Assembly (NCBI GenBank): GCA_903919205.1
Contig: CAIXHE010000001.1
Location: 15,618 to 79,617, forward strand
From: an uncultured Opitutaceae bacterium
GTDB lineage: Bacteria; Verrucomicrobiota; Verrucomicrobiia; Opitutales; Opitutaceae
DNA length: 64,000 nucleotides
Direction: 5' to 3'
This document shows positions 48,522 to 56,747 of this stretch, piece after piece. Position numbers and translations under genes: made by a program. The notes below the pieces were generated by a model that worked only from the letters and a program-made list of their open reading frames with translations, ran no database searches and was not told the DNA's origin. Numbering within the stretch: position 1 is the stretch's first letter; each line of letters begins with the position of its first letter.

Positions 48522-49253
48522 ATGTCAACGGATGCTGGAGACGCCGAGGGGTGCGCGGGCACCTTTACGAACGGGGGTCGCAGCTATGCCGTTGCGAGGC
48601 TGCGATTCCAGGGAGCGGACGCCGGTCGCGAGCCGCTGCGCATCGGACTCTTCTCGGGCGTGCACGGTGACGAGCCCTCCGGGCCCGCCGCGCTCCAGCG
48701 GTTCCTCGAGTCGCTCGGGCGGGATCCGGGCAGGGCCGCCGGCTACGACTTGTGGGTCTATCCCTGGGTCAACCCGACCGGCTGCGAGCGCGGCACCCGC
48801 GAGAATGCATCGGGCAAGGACCTCAACCGTGAGTTCTGGAGGGACTCGCAGGAGCCCGAGGTCCGAATCCTGGAGGCCGAGCTGTCTCGGCGGCGGTTCC
48901 ACGGGCTGATCACCCTGCACGCCGACGACACCTGCGAGGGCCACTACGGGTACACGCACGGCAGGCCCGTCGAGGACTCCCTTCTGCGCCCCGCGCTGGA
49001 GGCGGCGGAGCGGGCGCTCCCGCGCGACGGCCGCCCGGTCATCGACGGGTTCTCGGCGAAGGAGGGCGTCATCACCGACTGCTTCACGGGAATCCTCTCC
49101 CCGCCGCCCAGGCAGGAGCCCCAGCCCTTCAACATCATCTTTGAGACGCCGGCCTCGGCGCCCCTCGAGCTCCAGGTCCAGGCCCACGTCGCCGCCCTGG
49201 ACGCCATTCTTGCCGCGTACCGGTCTCACGTATCCTACGCCGAGGGCCTCTAG
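48522..49253 (+). CDS. M14-family zinc carboxypeptidase-like protein (MpaA/AstE-AspA-like)
   Basis: ATG at 48522; SGVHGDEPSG ... NPTGCERGTRENASGKDLNREF ... ITLHADD, giving an H-x-x-E ... H zinc ligand pattern. Confidence 0.75.
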   Translation: MSTDAGDAEGCAGTFTNGGRSYAVARLRFQGADAGREPLRIGLFSGVHGDEPSGPAALQRFLESLGRDPGRAAGYDLWVYPWVNPTGCERGTRENASGKDLNREFWRDSQEPEVRILEAELSRRRFHGLITLHADDTCEGHYGYTHGRPVEDSLLRPALEAAERALPRDGRPVIDGFSAKEGVITDCFTGILSPPPRQEPQPFNIIFETPASAPLELQVQAHVAALDAILAAYRSHVSYAEGL

Positions 49254-51559
49254 GGCGCCCGCGACGGCCGCAGACCCGTCTTGGGGCCTGCGGCGGCCCG
49301 CACGGGCGGGATCGCCTCGGCGGCCTGGAGCACCCTGCGGAGCTCGCTCAGCTCGAACGGCTTCGAAAGGAACGCTGCAGGGAACCGCCCGGTGAATTTG
49401 GACGAGGCCTCCTGCTCCCCCATGCCCGTCATCACCACCACGGGCACGTCTCTACGGATTCGCCTCAGCCGCTCGAGCGTCTCGGGTCCGTCGATCATTG
49501 GCATGGCGATATCGAGCAGCACGAACGCGAACGACGAGGGGCTGCGCGAAAACAGCTCCAGTCCATCGAAGCCGTCCTTCGCGCTCAGCGCGTCGAAGCC
49601 GAGCTTCTTGAGCATCGAGGCCGCGGTCGCGCGGACGCCCTCCTCGTCGTCGATGACGAGAGCCCGGCCAGCGCCGCGCCAGGCCTGCAGGTCGGTCTCC
49701 GCGCTCCCGGCGGACTCGACCCGTCTCGAGGACCGCGGCAACAGGATCGTGAACGTCGTCCCGCGGCCGACCTCCGACTTGAGGCGCATCAGGCCCGAGT
49801 GCCCCCGCACGATGCCGAGCAGGGCCGCGAGGCCCAGACCGCGCCCCGTGAGCTTCGTCGTGAAGAAGGGATCAAATATGCGCGCCTGGGTTTCCGCCGA
49901 CATCCCGCAGCCGTTGTCCTCCACCTCGAAGAAGGCGTACTCTCCCTGGGGCGCCGTCTGCACAATGGAGATGCCGGACGCGGCGATGTAGCTCGGGGTC
50001 ACGGTCAGCGTGCCGGTCCGCACCTTGATGAACCCCATGCGGTCCTCGAGGGCGTCCGAGGCGTTGATCACGAGGTTCATCACGACCTGCCTCATTTGGG
50101 TGGCATCCGCCTCGACGATGGGATCCATCGCATCCAGCTCGAATTCGAGGACGGCGCTCTTGGTGACGGACACCTTAAGCAGCTGGACGGTCTCGTTGAC
50201 GAGCTCGTTCACGGAGATAGCCCGGATGTCGAATTTGGCCTTGCCCGAATAGGCGAGCATCTCGCGGCAGAGCTCGGCGGCCCGGTTCGCGCCATCCTTG
50301 ATGGCCTGGATGTATTCCTGAAGGGGTGAATCGCGACCGACCTCGGATTGGGCCAGGCTCGCGTTTCCGAGCACCCCGGTCAGCAGGTTGTTGAAGTCGT
50401 GCGCGATGCCGCCGGCCAGGACCCCGAGGCTCTCGAGCTTTTGGGTCTCCTGGAGCTTGCGCTCGAAAACCAGCCTTTCCGCGGCCGCCCGCTTCAGGTC
50501 CGACACGTCATGGGCGGCCGTCAGGAACGCCTCCGTTGCCTGATAGACGATCCTCGTGCTCTGCAGCTCGAGCTCCAGCTTCCGCCCATCCAACCCCACC
50601 CACACCGTCTCGACGGGCCCTTCCGTGTCCTCGTGGTCGGTAAGCCCCCTCCCGGTGGATGCCAGGTCGCCGTGCACGAACGCGCGCATGCGCGATCCCA
50701 GCAGCCGCTCCAGCGAAGGAGCGCTCAGCAGTTTCACGGCCGCGGGGTTCGCATACAGGATCAGGCCGCCCCTGTGGACGATCAGGCACTCGGGCGAGCG
50801 CTCAATCAGGATCCTGAACCGCTCCTCGCTCTGCCTCAGGGCGTTCTCCACCTTTATGCGCGCCTCCACGTCGGCGATCAGGAGGTCCTCGTTCTCCTTC
50901 CGCTCTCGGGACGCCCGCTTGTAGTTGACCGAGATGACGCCCATCGCGAGCGAGCAGCTCAGCCCGGTGCGAACCGTAAGGTACCAGGTTCGGGCCGTTT
51001 CCACCCCAGGTCCGTAGCTTCCGGCCAAGGCGAACAGGTAGACCGACCAGCACAGCGCGCAGGCGGCGATCAGCACGAAGGTCGCCGTCAGCCAGGGCCT
51101 GAGGACCGGGTAACGAAACGCCTGCTCGTTCCAGACGATCCGGGCTGAATTCAACAGAAACGGAAAGAGCGGCAGCTGCGCAGCGATCACCCGCCACTTG
51201 AGCGCGGGCTCGACCGACCTGAAGACCGCGAAGAGCACCGTCTCGTAGGCGAACACGGCCAGGAGCGGGACGATCGAACGCCCGAGGCCCGCAAACGTGC
51301 GTATCCCGGAATTGCAAAAAATCGGGAAGAGGGCGTAGATGAAGCTGCTCGTGAGGGCGAACACGTCGGGCGGGAACGCCCGAGCATAGCTGAAAAGGGT
51401 GAACACGATGGCCTGGCACAGGATGCCCGCCGTGAAGAAGGGAAACCCGGGATAGAGTCCCCCCGTCCATTGTACGAGAAGCAGGGTCATTCCCACCATG
51501 GCCAGCACGAGGCTGCACACGGCCATCATCGTATGCGTATCAAATTGCCCGGTGAACAC
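49250..51559 (-). CDS. membrane hybrid sensor histidine kinase (multi-TM N terminus, PAS, HisKA, HATPase, receiver)
   Basis: About 7 TM helices, a PAS-like region, HisKA LGVLAGGIAHDFNNLL, HATPase (GRGLGLAA), and a receiver (ALVIDDE ... FVLLDIAMPMIDG). The start is GTG 51559 or ATG 51529. Confidence 0.85.
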   Translation of the reverse strand: MFTGQFDTHTMMAVCSLVLAMVGMTLLLVQWTGGLYPGFPFFTAGILCQAIVFTLFSYARAFPPDVFALTSSFIYALFPIFCNSGIRTFAGLGRSIVPLLAVFAYETVLFAVFRSVEPALKWRVIAAQLPLFPFLLNSARIVWNEQAFRYPVLRPWLTATFVLIAACALCWSVYLFALAGSYGPGVETARTWYLTVRTGLSCSLAMGVISVNYKRASRERKENEDLLIADVEARIKVENALRQSEERFRILIERSPECLIVHRGGLILYANPAAVKLLSAPSLERLLGSRMRAFVHGDLASTGRGLTDHEDTEGPVETVWVGLDGRKLELELQSTRIVYQATEAFLTAAHDVSDLKRAAAERLVFERKLQETQKLESLGVLAGGIAHDFNNLLTGVLGNASLAQSEVGRDSPLQEYIQAIKDGANRAAELCREMLAYSGKAKFDIRAISVNELVNETVQLLKVSVTKSAVLEFELDAMDPIVEADATQMRQVVMNLVINASDALEDRMGFIKVRTGTLTVTPSYIAASGISIVQTAPQGEYAFFEVEDNGCGMSAETQARIFDPFFTTKLTGRGLGLAALLGIVRGHSGLMRLKSEVGRGTTFTILLPRSSRRVESAGSAETDLQAWRGAGRALVIDDEEGVRATAASMLKKLGFDALSAKDGFDGLELFSRSPSSFAFVLLDIAMPMIDGPETLERLRRIRRDVPVVVMTGMGEQEASSKFTGRFPAAFLSKPFELSELRRVLQAAEAIPPVRAAAGPKTGLRPSRAP

Positions 51560-51765
51560 GTTGTCCTCCTAACTGACCCGGGGCGACGCGTCTAAAGCCG
51601 CCCCCGAGTGGTTGCCTGCTTTGAAGTGCTTCATGTCGGCGGGCTGCTCTTCTAGGTGACACTAATTTGCGGCAGGGATCAATCGCAATTGATCGCCAAC
51701 CGGCACTGGGCCGGCAGCTCCCCGCGCGGTGCCCTGCCGGGGTCTGTGGATCCAACACACGAAAC

Positions 51766-52200
51766 TCAGGCCGTCTCAGGGGACGCGGAACTCTTGGAGG
51801 CACCCGGAGTGCGGCTGCAATGCCTCAGGCCGCAATCAACCCTGAGGATGTGGTTCTCGATCCAATCGAAGGCCTCACGGTGGACATCCATCATGACCGA
51901 AACGGGGCTCCCGGCCATCGTGAGAATGACAAGCCAATGTTCGAGTTTCTGCTCAAAATCTCGGTGGGCTGCGCAGTTTGCTTTGAGGGTGGGGCACTGG
52001 ATGCGCTCCATGTACGCCTCCTCGCGGGTGAAATGCTCCAAGGCATAACGTTGCAGGATGATGATCAGCTCAACGATTTGTTCCCGACCCGCGCCGCCTT
52101 CGACGGCGGCCTTGAAGGACTCCAGCATCCTGAAAAGTTCGCAATGGTCCGCATCGATATTCGGATGATGGGTCTCCAGTTTTTCGTTCCAGAAAGGCAT
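51766..52200 (-). CDS. hemerythrin-like metal-binding protein (bacteriohemerythrin)
   Basis: The ATG at 52200 gives MPFWNEKLETHHPNIDADHCELF ... EHFTREEAYM ... HRDFEQKLE ... WIENHILRVD, showing the His/Glu/Asp di-iron ligand pattern. Confidence 0.8.
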   Translation of the reverse strand: MPFWNEKLETHHPNIDADHCELFRMLESFKAAVEGGAGREQIVELIIILQRYALEHFTREEAYMERIQCPTLKANCAAHRDFEQKLEHWLVILTMAGSPVSVMMDVHREAFDWIENHILRVDCGLRHCSRTPGASKSSASPETA

Positions 52201-52428
52201 GTTAGACGGGGGATCCTCCGTTTGTGTCGCTTTGCCGCCCGATGGAAGGATACCGTTCCGGCTGACCAATGGCTGCGCGTATTTTGCCAAAGCATGCTTA
52301 TCAAATATTAGCTAGGTAGGCGCTACGGTTCCTCAATCGGGTCGGAAACGCTTCGGCTTGAGGCTGCGTCGTACCGCAGACCCGTCGAATTCCAGCCTCG
52401 TCGCCCGCTGCCGGGCAAACTTGATCCG

Positions 52429-52474
52429 CCGGTTCCTCGCCGTCCATGGGAGCGGCGAGGAACCGGTTTGTTTC
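52429..52474 (+). terminator. strong intrinsic-terminator-like hairpin with no upstream plus-strand gene
   Basis: CCGGTTCCTCGCCG-tccatgggag-CGGCGAGGAACCGG: a 14-bp perfect stem with a 10-nt loop, followed by TTTGTTTC. The complementary strand has no T-tract. Confidence 0.6.
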
Positions 52475-52580
52475 AAGATCCCGCGTTCCCGAGAAGCGGC
52501 CGGGAACCGGATCCTGGGTCCCACTGCGGGCTCCCACTCTGAAAATCGCTTGTTTTTTTACACTCTTTGCTTGACCCAAG

Positions 52581-52615
52581 TGGGTGAAAATGGGTTGAAA
52601 TGGGGCGCTGTGGGG
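52581..52615 (+). promoter_or_regulatory. MraZ operator-like array: four TGGG(T/G) direct repeats at exact 10-bp spacing
   Basis: TGGGTgaaaaTGGGTtgaaaTGGGGcgctgTGGGG at 52581, 52591, 52601 and 52611. TTGACC (-35-like) precedes it at 52571-52576, and it ends 24 nt before the mraZ ATG. Confidence 0.6.
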
Positions 52616-52638
52616 AAAGTTATGTTTCCCCTCCCAAA

Positions 52639-53091
52639 ATGGCACGTCCCGGAAAAGCTTTTTTCACTGGCCTCTTCAGGCACACCCTCGACGACAAGGG
52701 ACGCGTCACGATCCCTTCGGCTTGGCGCGCCGCCCACGAGGAGGGGGACGTGTTCCTCGCTACCCCGCATCCGGACGGCTACGTCGCCGTGCTCCCGCCC
52801 TCCGAGGTCGAGAAGCTTCACGCCAAGATCGCGCAGATGGCGCTGAGCGACGGCTCGGGGCAGGACTTTGCGTCGCGGTTCTTCGCCCAGACGCAGTCGT
52901 TCTCTTTCGACAAGCAAGGACGCGTCGGCCTCACCGCCGATTTGCTGGGGCACGCGGGTATCGCGAAGGACGCGGTGCTCGTGGGCTCCCTGACCAAGTT
53001 CAACCTATATTCGCCGTCCCGTTGGCAGAAGGTCGAGGCACGCACTTCGGGAGAGAACTTCGGCGACATCATGCGCCGCCTCGGAATCTGA
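52639..53091 (+). CDS. mraZ: transcriptional regulator MraZ
   Basis: FTGLFRHTLDDKGRVTIPSAWR ... SFDKQGRVGLTADLL, showing the duplicated DxxxR/SpoVT-AbrB motif. ATG at 52639. Confidence 0.9.
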   Translation: MARPGKAFFTGLFRHTLDDKGRVTIPSAWRAAHEEGDVFLATPHPDGYVAVLPPSEVEKLHAKIAQMALSDGSGQDFASRFFAQTQSFSFDKQGRVGLTADLLGHAGIAKDAVLVGSLTKFNLYSPSRWQKVEARTSGENFGDIMRRLGI

Positions 53092-53328
53092 TCATGCGCC
53101 ACCTCACTCGCATTTACGGGACCAAGGCCTTCATCCAGAAGGCCTCCCTTGCCATCTCGAAACCCTTTCCGGCCTGGATCGATTCCTCCGAGGGCGGAGT
53201 GACCCCGGCCAGTGTCATGCCCCGTGTCAGGGACAGTCTGGTGCTTCGCCTGGTCGCGGGCCGGCGTTCGATGCGGGCCAGGACTCTCCTCCATGCGACC
53301 GGCTCTCCCTGAGTCAGCCCACGTCTTT

Positions 53329-54249
53329 ATGAGCCCCGGCCACGAGCCCGTCCTCCTGACGGAAGTGCTCGGATTCCTGAACCCCTCGGCCGGGAAGCGC
53401 TATCTCGACTGCACGTTCGGCGGCGGCGGCCACAGCCGCGCGCTGCTCGAGGCGGCGACGGGCATCTCCGTGGTGGCCCTTGACCGGGACCCAGAGGCCG
53501 GCCCGCGCACCGAGGCCCTGCTCGCCGAATTTGGAGCACGTTTCGCACTGGTGGATAAGGACTTTGGAAAATTGGCCACCTTGCCGGACACGGGGTTCGA
53601 CGGCGTGCTGTTCGACTTCGGCCTCTCGTCCTTCCAGCTCGACGACCCGCAGAGGGGATTCTCCTTCCGCCACGACGCCCCGGCCGACATGAGGCTCGAC
53701 CCGCGCTCGGGCGTGCCCGCGTCCCTCTGGCTCGAGACGGCTACCGAGGAGATGCTCGTGAGGGCGGTCCGCGATTGGGGCGAGGAGCCCCACTGGCGGC
53801 GAGTGGTCAGGGCACTTCTTGCTGAGAGGGGCACCGGCGCCCTCGCTAGGACCGGCTCCCTGGCTGAGGTCATCAGCCGCTGCATACCCGCCCGTGACCG
53901 CCGTACCCTGCGCATCCATCCGGCGACACGCGCCTTCCAGGGAATCCGCATCGCCGTCAACGACGAGATCGGCGCGATAGAGAGCGCTCTGCCCGCCGCG
54001 TTCGCAAAGCTCAAGCCCTCGGGCGTCCTGTGCGCCATCAGCTTTCATTCGCTTGAAGACCGCCCGGTGAAGCAGTTCTTCCGCCGGCTGTGCGGCCAGC
54101 CCGAAAGCGCGGACGACTCCACGCCCCAGGACCTGCGCACCCGCGTGGCCGAGGCGCTGACGCGCCGGCCTGTCACCCCGTCGGACGCCGAGGTCGACCG
54201 CAATCCCCGCAGCCGTTCCGCCAAACTGCGCGCCGTGCGCAAGCTCTGA
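53329..54249 (+). CDS. rsmH: 16S rRNA (cytosine1402-N4)-methyltransferase
   Basis: The ATG at 53329 gives [17 protein letters not shown] ... [12 protein letters not shown] ... [10 protein letters not shown] ... [11 protein letters not shown]. Confidence 0.9.
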   Translation: MSPGHEPVLLTEVLGFLNPSAGKRYLDCTFGGGGHSRALLEAATGISVVALDRDPEAGPRTEALLAEFGARFALVDKDFGKLATLPDTGFDGVLFDFGLSSFQLDDPQRGFSFRHDAPADMRLDPRSGVPASLWLETATEEMLVRAVRDWGEEPHWRRVVRALLAERGTGALARTGSLAEVISRCIPARDRRTLRIHPATRAFQGIRIAVNDEIGAIESALPAAFAKLKPSGVLCAISFHSLEDRPVKQFFRRLCGQPESADDSTPQDLRTRVAEALTRRPVTPSDAEVDRNPRSRSAKLRAVRKL

Positions 54250-54647
54250 TGCGTACCGACCCCCCATCAGGATCCCGGGCGTTCGTGAACCAGTTCATGG
54301 TCTATGCTCTGGTGGCGATATGCGGGAGCGCCTCCATCGGGCTCGGCACCGTGTGGATGCGCCACCAGATTTCCGTCGTCGCCAACGAGAACAAGGTGAT
54401 CGAAACCTCGATCGCGGACGTTGAGCGGCGCATCGAGGAGGCCGACGCCGCGATCGCCGCAGAGCAGGATCCGGCCGTGCTCGCCCGCCGTAACACGGAG
54501 TGGCACCTCGGCTTGGTGGCGCCTGGGGAGACGCAGGTGCGCAGGGTCTCCGAGGATCCCGTGATGCGGCTGGCGTCCCTGCGCAACCGGAAGCTGTTCG
54601 GCGAGGCTCCGGCCACGGTGAATTTCCGGGTCGCCCTCGATCACTGA
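54249..54647 (+). CDS. FtsL-like cell division protein (assigned by position and architecture)
   Basis: The ATG overlaps the rsmH stop (TGATG). 132 aa with one TM (FMVYALVAICGSASIGLGTVW) followed by a coiled-coil-like segment. It sits in the canonical slot between rsmH and ftsI. Confidence 0.6.
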   Translation: MRTDPPSGSRAFVNQFMVYALVAICGSASIGLGTVWMRHQISVVANENKVIETSIADVERRIEEADAAIAAEQDPAVLARRNTEWHLGLVAPGETQVRRVSEDPVMRLASLRNRKLFGEAPATVNFRVALDH

Positions 54648-54663
54648 GGCCGCGCCCACCCAC

Positions 54664-56646
54664 ATGTCGAAGGGCTTCACAAGCAGCTACAGGATCGCCC
54701 TTCTAGCGAGCCTGGTCCTCGCGATGTTCGCAGGGCTCGAGACGCGCCTGGTATGGCTTCACGTGATCGAGCGCGACGTGCTGGTGCGCTCGGTGGACGA
54801 GGCGAGACGGCAGCTGATCGTCGATAACGCCCGCCGGGGCGACATCCTGGACGCGCACGGGGCGCTCCTGGCTACAAGCCGCTCGATCATCGTGCTCGGC
54901 GTGGACCCCCAGTTCCTGCGCAACGAGGACAAGGGCAAGCTGCCTCAGCTGGCGGCGCTGCTCGGCATGCCGGTATCCGACCTCGAGAAGACCTGCGACA
55001 CGAAGACGCGCCCCGCATCGGCGGCGAAGCCGTCCAAGCCTGCGGCCGGAGCCGTCATCACGTTTGGGCCGCAGGTCGCCTCCCCGGCGCCGGCGGCGCC
55101 CGCACCGGCCGACCTGGCGCTCGGCACCGAGCCCGATCCCAAGGAGGAGACCCAGCTCGACGAGCCCGACAAGGAGGGCAACCGGCCCATCCGCTGGGCG
55201 AAGCTGAGCGACAACGTCACGGAGAGCGCCTATTCGCAGATCTCGAAGCTGGGGATCCGGGGCATCTACGGCAGCCGCGTCTACCGCCGCGACTACCCCC
55301 ACAACGAGCTGGCCGCCCACATCATTGGCTACGTCGACCGAAAGGAGCACCCGGTGGCCGGTATCGAGCACTACGCGGACTTCTACCTGAGGGGCGAGAA
55401 CGGCTGGCTTGAGTCCGAGAAGGACGGCAAGAGCCACGAGCTGGCGCAGTTCCGCTCGCGCGAGGTCCCCGCCGTCGACGGCTACAACGTGTCGCTCACC
55501 ATCGACGCCACGATCCAGCATATCGTCGAGGACGAGCTCGCGCAGGTCGCCGAGAAGTACCAGCCCGAGAAGGCGACCATCATCGTCAGCGATCCCCAGA
55601 CGGGCTTCGTCCTGGCGCTGGCCAACTACCCGTCGTTCGACCTCAACACCTTCAACAAGCTCTCGCGCGAGGACCAGCGCCGCATGCGCAACATCGCGGT
55701 CGCCGACGAATACGAGCCGGGCTCGGTCTTCAAGATCGTGGCCGTCTCCGGCGCATTGAACGACGGGCTCGTCACCCCCAGCAGCGAGTTCGACTGCACC
55801 CTCGAGAAGATCGACTACAACGGGATCACCCGGAGCCTTCCCCGCGAGGACGCCTCGGACCACTTCGACCACCCCCTGAGCGTGGCGGAGATCATCGCCC
55901 ACTCCTCCAACAAGGGCGCCGCGCAGCTCGCGATGCGCCTCGGCGACCGCCGGTTCTACGAGTATGCGCGGGCCTTCGGCTTCGGCCAGCACACCGGCTT
56001 CCCCGTGGGGGGCGAGGTCCCCGGGAACCTGAAGGCCCCCGAGAAGTGGGACAGCCTCACCATCACCCGCATGCCCATGGGGCAGTCGGTCACCGCGACC
56101 GCCCTCCAGATGCAGCAGGCGATGGGGGTCATCGCGAGCGGCGGCGTCTTGCTCAAGCCGCAGATCATCAGGCAGGTGCGCGACTCCCACGGGGAGCTGG
56201 TCTACAGCTTCGGTCGCATCGAGGCCCGCCGGGTGATTTCCGAGCAGACGGCGCACACCGTGGCCAAGCTGCTGACCGGCGTTGTCTCCTCCGGCGGCAC
56301 GGCGCCCGAGGCGGCGATCCCTGGCTTCGAGTGCGCCGGCAAGACCGGCACCGCGCAGAAGCTCCTGCCCGTCACGCTGCCCTCCGGGGCGACGGCCCTC
56401 AGGTATTCCGACAAGCACCACGTCGCCTCCTTCATCGGGTTCTTCCCCGCCAGTCATCCGCAGGTCTCCATTGCCGTCATCATAGACGACGCCGACGCGC
56501 GCTGCCCCGGGCACGTGGCCTACGGCAAGTCGGTGGCGGCGCCGGTGTTCAAGCGCATCGGCGAGCGGCTCATTCCCTACCTGGACATCCGGCCCACGAT
56601 AGAGAACGACGGCAAGCCTGTCTTCGCATTGGGAGGGCAACGGTGA
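54664..56646 (+). CDS. ftsI: peptidoglycan D,D-transpeptidase FtsI (class B PBP)
   Basis: A TM anchor and a pedestal domain, then the transpeptidase motifs SVFK (SxxK), SSN and KTGT. Confidence 0.9.
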   Translation: MSKGFTSSYRIALLASLVLAMFAGLETRLVWLHVIERDVLVRSVDEARRQLIVDNARRGDILDAHGALLATSRSIIVLGVDPQFLRNEDKGKLPQLAALLGMPVSDLEKTCDTKTRPASAAKPSKPAAGAVITFGPQVASPAPAAPAPADLALGTEPDPKEETQLDEPDKEGNRPIRWAKLSDNVTESAYSQISKLGIRGIYGSRVYRRDYPHNELAAHIIGYVDRKEHPVAGIEHYADFYLRGENGWLESEKDGKSHELAQFRSREVPAVDGYNVSLTIDATIQHIVEDELAQVAEKYQPEKATIIVSDPQTGFVLALANYPSFDLNTFNKLSREDQRRMRNIAVADEYEPGSVFKIVAVSGALNDGLVTPSSEFDCTLEKIDYNGITRSLPREDASDHFDHPLSVAEIIAHSSNKGAAQLAMRLGDRRFYEYARAFGFGQHTGFPVGGEVPGNLKAPEKWDSLTITRMPMGQSVTATALQMQQAMGVIASGGVLLKPQIIRQVRDSHGELVYSFGRIEARRVISEQTAHTVAKLLTGVVSSGGTAPEAAIPGFECAGKTGTAQKLLPVTLPSGATALRYSDKHHVASFIGFFPASHPQVSIAVIIDDADARCPGHVAYGKSVAAPVFKRIGERLIPYLDIRPTIENDGKPVFALGGQR

Positions 56647-56747
56647 TAGGCTATCTCGCACAGGACCATGCGCTCATACGGGCCTTCCGAGAACGTCCCA
56701 CGCGTCGCAACGGCCGAGACTATGCCCTCTACAACCGAGCCTTCAAA

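Noticed and set aside
56643-56747. Alternative GTG start for murE overlapping the ftsI stop (GTGA)
   Set aside because: The ATG at 56748 gives the normal roughly 30-residue spacing before the DSR motif. The extra 35 residues have no MurE counterpart. It remains possible but is less likely.
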